Under the pieces are notes generated by a model, which did no database searches, was not told the DNA's origin, and saw only the letters and a program-made list of their open reading frames with translations. A stretch of 64,000 nucleotides of DNA from Candidatus Thorarchaeota archaeon. GTDB taxonomy: Archaea > Asgardarchaeota > Thorarchaeia > Thorarchaeales > Thorarchaeaceae. The first letter of the stretch is position 1; each line of letters opens with the position of its first letter. Shown piece by piece: positions 58,886 to 64,000 of this stretch. The DNA is taken from positions 1 through 64,000 of the forward strand of contig SDNP01000012.1 in assembly GCA_004524445.1 (NCBI GenBank), given 5' to 3'. The position numbers and the translations under genes were made by a program.

Positions 58886-60598
58886 ATATTCACTCGCCTC
58901 AAGTTTAGCTAGCTTCAGACCGGCAAGCCTAGTATTACGTCTAAAGAGAAGATAGCATATCAATGCAAACCCGGGGAGAGCGAGGTATGTATAGAGTACA
59001 TTCATTGTGAGTCCAATCGAAATCATCCCAAAAATCCCGAGATAGCCCAGTAGCAGAGGCAAAGCCAAAGTTCGCACTAGGCTCCATATAGATATCGGCA
59101 TCTGTGTTGAAGAGCCACGCTGTCTCTCTATTTGACGCTCAGCTTTGAATTCTCCTCCATCTGCAGCAGCGTAGGCCGCACTCGCACCTGATGCCATTGT
59201 CAGGAATATTAGACTAATCGTGATTGCGGGAAGGTATACTAAAAGAACAGGAGTGAGGAAGTAGATGACGACCGAGGTTATGATTCCGGCGCCAATTGTA
59301 AATGGAAGAGCGCTGTACACTTTCCCCTTGAGGTAATCCTGCAGATTTGTACTCGCAAGTTGAAGATTCATTATATTGTCACCCTCATAGACTGTTTCGA
59401 GCCCGGCAAAATAATACCCATATGCGAGAGCAATGGGGATCACCGCTGATATCATCAGGTATGGAGTGAACGCAAATGTTGTTTCGCCCCCTGCGAACGC
59501 CGGTAGTATAATCCAGATCACATATCTAATGGGTCCCAAGAGGTATTGTGTCAATACTCTTGCTTCTCGTCTTATGTTCGAGAGATTATACCATATTGAA
59601 ACACTAATCGTTTGGTTGAACTTTATTCCGGGTATTGGCTGTGGATTCCAGGTTGAATGTTCTATAGGCACAGTCTTCTTCGGTGTGCGTTTCTCAGCGG
59701 AAGCAAGCCAACCACTGTAATGCGCTCTCTCGCTTGCAATAGCAGTCAAATAGAGTAGGCCGACTGAAATGAATCCGTAGAAAATTGCCATAGCCAAGTC
59801 CTGCATCGGGATGGGAATGCCAACAAGAGTGCGAAGGGTGATGGAGCTGGCAGCGTAGCCAGGTGTGAGGTCCGACGAGAACCCCAAGGCTTGGAGAATA
59901 TCAAAGATACCACCAAAAAGCCCCGAACCAAAACCGCCATCCGAGAGGTAGAATGATGCATACCAGAGAGTGCCTCCAATTATTCCGGCAGCAGTGAGTA
60001 TCGCATAACCTACCTGCTTCAGTCTTCTCCTTCCAGCCACTAGCCTAGAAACCCCAAGGCCAAGTAGTCCCCCAAAAGAAACGCCAATTGCTATCAGGAG
60101 ATACATCGATAATAGAAACGCGGGAATGGACAGGAAAGCAAAGAGAACGGGGGAAAGTATACTGAACCCAGCAAATATTGATCCGCCAATTACGAGCCAG
60201 AAAATGCTGTTGTAAAATACTGTAATTATAACCTTTTCCAAGAATAGAGTTCTGAGAGAGATGGGCATTACCATAAGATATTCCATTCGGGAGCTATTTG
60301 CTACAGTTGTAGCCATGACTGCAGTTGAGCCCAGAAAAGAAAACAACATGAGTGTATTGAAGATTGTTGCTCCAAGCCCAGGATTTTCCGTAGCAACTGA
60401 ACGTGCCAAGGGCCACAACACAGGCCCAAGAAAAACAATGAACAGTGTGATAATCACAGCGATAGCAATAGCTATTATTAATCTTGAAGACCTCTTCCAG
60501 AGAGGCTCAAGCTCAGTGCGTTTGCCACCAGGATTCACAAAACGAAATGTTCTGGACAAGTCTTGTCGAAGAAGGAAGATCAAATCAGAGAGGTTCAA
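58880..60598 (-). CDS. ABC exporter permease (multi-TM)
   Basis: About 12-14 TMs; MEYLMVMPISLRTLFLEK; coupled to the upstream ATPase. Confidence 0.8.
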   Translation of the reverse strand: MNLSDLIFLLRQDLSRTFRFVNPGGKRTELEPLWKRSSRLIIAIAIAVIITLFIVFLGPVLWPLARSVATENPGLGATIFNTLMLFSFLGSTAVMATTVANSSRMEYLMVMPISLRTLFLEKVIITVFYNSIFWLVIGGSIFAGFSILSPVLFAFLSIPAFLLSMYLLIAIGVSFGGLLGLGVSRLVAGRRRLKQVGYAILTAAGIIGGTLWYASFYLSDGGFGSGLFGGIFDILQALGFSSDLTPGYAASSITLRTLVGIPIPMQDLAMAIFYGFISVGLLYLTAIASERAHYSGWLASAEKRTPKKTVPIEHSTWNPQPIPGIKFNQTISVSIWYNLSNIRREARVLTQYLLGPIRYVIWIILPAFAGGETTFAFTPYLMISAVIPIALAYGYYFAGLETVYEGDNIMNLQLASTNLQDYLKGKVYSALPFTIGAGIITSVVIYFLTPVLLVYLPAITISLIFLTMASGASAAYAAADGGEFKAERQIERQRGSSTQMPISIWSLVRTLALPLLLGYLGIFGMISIGLTMNVLYTYLALPGFALICYLLFRRNTRLAGLKLAKLEASEYL

Positions 60599-61368
60599 TT
60601 CTCTTCACCAGAGTCCTCAAGGTAGCTAGCAATCAATTGCATATCGGGTCCGCCAGTAAGTTCAAGAAAAATTTCTTCAAGAGAGGATTGCCCTTCAGCC
60701 TTTTCGCGGAGCTCATCCAGAGTTCCTTCTGCAATCATCTTGCCATCTTTAATTATTCCAACTCTATCACACATTTGTTCGGCAATCTCTAATACGTGAG
60801 TTGACATAAGAATAGAGGCTCCACGCCTCCTCAATCCATTTAGGATTTCCTTTATTGTCGCGGCACCTCGCGGATCTATTCCGGCTTGCACCTCATCCAA
60901 GATTAGAACCTGTGGTCTATGAACGAGCGCGGCAACCAGACTCACTTTCCGTGTCATGCCTTGAGAGTATGTTTCGATGAGATCATCACTAGCATCTCTG
61001 ATATCCAGCAGTTCAAGGAGCTCCTCAATGTCCTCCGTTCTCTCTTCACCACGGTCGACTCGCCAGATATCAGCAACATAATTGACATATTCCCAGCCAG
61101 TGAGACGCTCTGGTAACACAGGGTTTTCTGGAACATATCCGGTGACTCGCTTTGCTTTCACAATCTCATCCTTTATTCCATGACCGTTTATCTTAGCGGT
61201 TCCCTCGGTAGGCTTGAGTAAACCAAGCAGCATTCTCATAGTAGTTGATTTACCTGAACCATTTGGTCCCAGTAACCCATAGATTTCTCCCGACTTTACA
61301 GTGAACGAGAGATGGTCTACTGCGACGAAGTCTCCGAACTTCTTTGTCAGGTCCTGCGACTCAATCAT
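60595..61368 (-). CDS. ABC transporter ATP-binding protein
   Basis: GPNGSGKST, YSQGM, LILDE, STH. Confidence 0.94.
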   Translation of the reverse strand: MIESQDLTKKFGDFVAVDHLSFTVKSGEIYGLLGPNGSGKSTTMRMLLGLLKPTEGTAKINGHGIKDEIVKAKRVTGYVPENPVLPERLTGWEYVNYVADIWRVDRGEERTEDIEELLELLDIRDASDDLIETYSQGMTRKVSLVAALVHRPQVLILDEVQAGIDPRGAATIKEILNGLRRRGASILMSTHVLEIAEQMCDRVGIIKDGKMIAEGTLDELREKAEGQSSLEEIFLELTGGPDMQLIASYLEDSGEEN

Positions 61369-61469
61369 TAGAATCAAATTTGACAGTTATCAGAGTAATT
61401 TATGCGTTCGCATATATATCCGGTTAGCATCCAACGGATTTATTATTCATTATGATTCGCTCATGTACC

Positions 61470-62564
61470 ATGACGCTAGAAACTTGGAGATTGTTGGACC
61501 TAGGAGCAATCGACCCCCTGGAGACTCAAATCATCTATGATATGGTCGCTCAAGGGATTACAGAGGGAGAATCGCAGAATACAATCATTATTTGCTGGCC
61601 CGCTGAGCCCTTAGTAAGCGTTGGGTACTTCCAAGAGATAGAGAAAGATATTGACCTCGAATTTTGCCGCGAGAATGATATCGTGGTTACACGCCGTGTA
61701 ATCGGCGGGGGTGGTGTCTACCTAGATGATGGACAGCTTTTCTATCAACTAATTGGGCGAGTTGATAGTCCGACTACGCCAAAGCCCATTGATGCCTATT
61801 ATCGGAAGTTTCTCAAAGCACCAGTTCAGGCATATAGGAACCTTGGCATTGAAGCTGAATTTCGGCCGGTCAATGATATTCAGGTCAATGACAAGAAAAT
61901 ATCGGGAAATGGAGCAGGAGATGTTGGTGATGCACGCATTCTCACCGGCAACATGATTTTGGATTTTGACTTCGAAATGATGGTGAAGGTTCTTCGAGTA
62001 CCAAGTGAGAAATTTCGAGATAAAATCTACAAGAGCCTCAAAGACCGGATGTCAACAATTCTACTTGAAACTGGATCAATGCCAGAAAAAGATGAGGTCA
62101 AGATGGACTTAATTGGTCTTTACGAAGAAACCCTTGGCATAGAGCTGGAAAAGGGCGAGTTGTCTTCTTGGGAAAAGAGCAGGATGTTGGAGCTCCGCCC
62201 TAAATACAAATCAGATGAGTGGCTTCATTGGAGAAGCGGTGGAAGACTTGATGCCCGAACGGTTAGAATATCCGCAACAGCATCTGTTGGTACAGCGAGC
62301 CATAAGGCCGAAGGCGGGCTGATTCGGGTGACTGCAGAGGAGGTAGAAAATGAAATTAAGGAAATTGTCATTAGTGGAGATTTCTTCATGCTTCCATCCA
62401 CAGCCATCGGAGCACTTGAGAATAACCTGAAGGGCACGACTCTTTCTAAGGACGCGATACTAGAAAAAATAAAGGAAAGCTATACTGAGTTTGATATCGA
62501 TTCACCAGGAGTCAAGCCAGAAGATATTGCTGACACCATAGAGTTAGCTTTCGAACAGAGGTAG
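61470..62564 (+). CDS. lplA: Lipoate-protein ligase A family protein
   Basis: RRVIGGGGVYLD, NDI..NDKKISGNG, C-terminal KAEGGLIRV...ISGDFF domain. Confidence 0.88.
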   Translation: MTLETWRLLDLGAIDPLETQIIYDMVAQGITEGESQNTIIICWPAEPLVSVGYFQEIEKDIDLEFCRENDIVVTRRVIGGGGVYLDDGQLFYQLIGRVDSPTTPKPIDAYYRKFLKAPVQAYRNLGIEAEFRPVNDIQVNDKKISGNGAGDVGDARILTGNMILDFDFEMMVKVLRVPSEKFRDKIYKSLKDRMSTILLETGSMPEKDEVKMDLIGLYEETLGIELEKGELSSWEKSRMLELRPKYKSDEWLHWRSGGRLDARTVRISATASVGTASHKAEGGLIRVTAEEVENEIKEIVISGDFFMLPSTAIGALENNLKGTTLSKDAILEKIKESYTEFDIDSPGVKPEDIADTIELAFEQR

Positions 62565-62622
62565 AGCGAACGACCCGAGAGGGATTTAACGGATTGCAAA
62601 AAAGTCTTGAAGGTAACCAATC

Positions 62623-63708
62623 ATGTTGTCGGATACCACTTTCTCTGCGATTGCACCAGGAAGAGTCTGCATCTTTGGAGAGCACAGTGATTACTTGGGA
62701 CTGAATGTGATTCCCGCTGCTATTAGCATGTATATCGAAATTTCTTGTTCGCCACGTGATGACCATCTAATGGATATCAGATACACGGATGTGGGAATAA
62801 AGGATACGTTCAAGATTGACAGAGAAATCGAATATGCGCATGAGAGAAACTATGTTAGAAGTGCATTTAATGTTCTTAGAAGGCATGGAATTGTCCCCGT
62901 TTCAGGTTGGTCAATGCATGTCAGAGGGAACATACCTATCGCAGGAGGGCTGTCAAGCTCGTCAGCATTAGCTGTGGCATCCGTCTTGGCATATTCTAGG
63001 ATGGCTGGAGAACCTCTGAATCCCAGGGCGATAGCGGAGCTTGCATTCCAGGCAGAGGTCAAGGAATTTGGAGAGAGTGGAGGTATGATGGATCATTATG
63101 CTTCTGCATGCGGGGGAGTTATACACCTAACTACAAAAGCCAAGATAGAGGTGACAAGAATCCCGGCATCCATCAGTGGGCTTGTCATCGGCGACTCGGG
63201 GGAGATGAAGGAAGATACAGTTGGCGATTTGGCAGAGATCCGTAATTTGGCTGAGAGGGGATACAGCAAACTAGCACGGTATATAGAGAATTTCGATCAG
63301 ACCAAAGCACCCCTTGAAAAGGTCCAACCATTTCTGAACCGGCTTTCCTCAAGAGAGCAAAGAGTGGTGGAAACAACCCTCAAGAACAGGGACTTGACTC
63401 AGCGTGCATATGACACTCTGAAGACCAGTAACTACGAGCCTGAAGATTTAGGCTCAATGATTGACCAACATCATGTCTATCTCCGTGATGGGCTGAATCG
63501 GTCAACCGAGAAAATAGAGGAGATGATACGTGCTGCAAAGGGTGCAGGAGCTTTGGGATGCAAAATCAACGGAAGCGGGGGTGGTGGAACAATGCTGGCA
63601 TATTGTCCAGGAAGGGAGGATGCTGTTTCCTTAGCTATCCAGAGAGCAGGGGGGACACCATATGAGGCCACCATTGCAAAGGGTGCCCACCTGAACATTT
63701 CAGATTGA
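62623..63708 (+). CDS. GHMP family sugar kinase (galactokinase-like)
   Basis: APGRVCIFGEHSDYLG, PIAGGLSSSSA, GMMDH, GCKINGSGGGG. Confidence 0.88.
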   Translation: MLSDTTFSAIAPGRVCIFGEHSDYLGLNVIPAAISMYIEISCSPRDDHLMDIRYTDVGIKDTFKIDREIEYAHERNYVRSAFNVLRRHGIVPVSGWSMHVRGNIPIAGGLSSSSALAVASVLAYSRMAGEPLNPRAIAELAFQAEVKEFGESGGMMDHYASACGGVIHLTTKAKIEVTRIPASISGLVIGDSGEMKEDTVGDLAEIRNLAERGYSKLARYIENFDQTKAPLEKVQPFLNRLSSREQRVVETTLKNRDLTQRAYDTLKTSNYEPEDLGSMIDQHHVYLRDGLNRSTEKIEEMIRAAKGAGALGCKINGSGGGGTMLAYCPGREDAVSLAIQRAGGTPYEATIAKGAHLNISD

Positions 63709-63713
63709 GTTGG

Positions 63714-64000
63714 TCAGTCGCTCGAGGCGAGTTCTTCCATTCTATTTTTAACGATTTCAAGTATTTCGTCTTTGAGATTCTCGCTCTCCTCAATTAGTTG
63801 CTCGACTTCTTTCCGGGTATTTTTGACGAATTTCTCGTCTTTGATATTATCAAGATTTATCTTGACATTAAGAGCTGCTGCCTTAATCGCTGCTGATAAC
63901 GCATACGCAGCACCGCCAGCATCGGTTATGGCATTGATATTGCCCTTCTCGGCTGCAACTTTCGCATGAGTGAGTGCCTCATATGACTGCTTCATGGTTT
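63714..64000 (-). CDS. Cyclodeaminase/cyclohydrolase (FTCD C-terminal) family, 5'-truncated by the window edge
   Basis: AEKGNINAITDAG...AAIKAAALNVKINL..IKDE. Confidence 0.85.
   Translation of the reverse strand, partial: TMKQSYEALTHAKVAAEKGNINAITDAGGAAYALSAAIKAAALNVKINLDNIKDEKFVKNTRKEVEQLIEESENLKDEILEIVKNRMEELASSD

Overview
Gene-dense archaeal chromosome segment, most likely from an Asgard archaeon (Thorarchaeia-like). The assignment rests on archaeal-type TATA boxes and GGAGG/GGTGA RBSs, trpB2, a W-type AOR, an ATP-dependent ligase, and several eukaryotic-signature-type proteins: gelsolin-like, Vps62-like, and two longin-like fusions. Most of the window is metabolism and housekeeping (galT-galK-GH38, trpB2, nadB, P5C dehydrogenase, polX-lig, SCP2-FabK-ADH-AOR, pepD, lplA). 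I found no rRNA, tRNA, CRISPR array or transposase. The best candidate for an undescribed system is the co-oriented locus at 18106-34562. It encodes an ABC-2 permease; an ABC ATPase with two N-terminal domains resembling the TrmB sugar-binding subdomain; a membrane-anchored subtilase lacking its catalytic Ser and carrying a GIFT (GldG/IFT52/site-1-protease-like) domain; a second ATPase; a 2251-aa type-I membrane protein (FG-GAP propeller, about 70 Ca-binding repeats, TM, cytoplasmic beta-sandwich); and a TPR protein. Also notable: a Trp-containing leader peptide with phased TRP-box-like sites before trpB2, an unannotated 43-aa four-Cys protein, intergenic structured-RNA candidates, and a frameshifted pepF relic. 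All family assignments come from reading motifs by eye, not from database searches.
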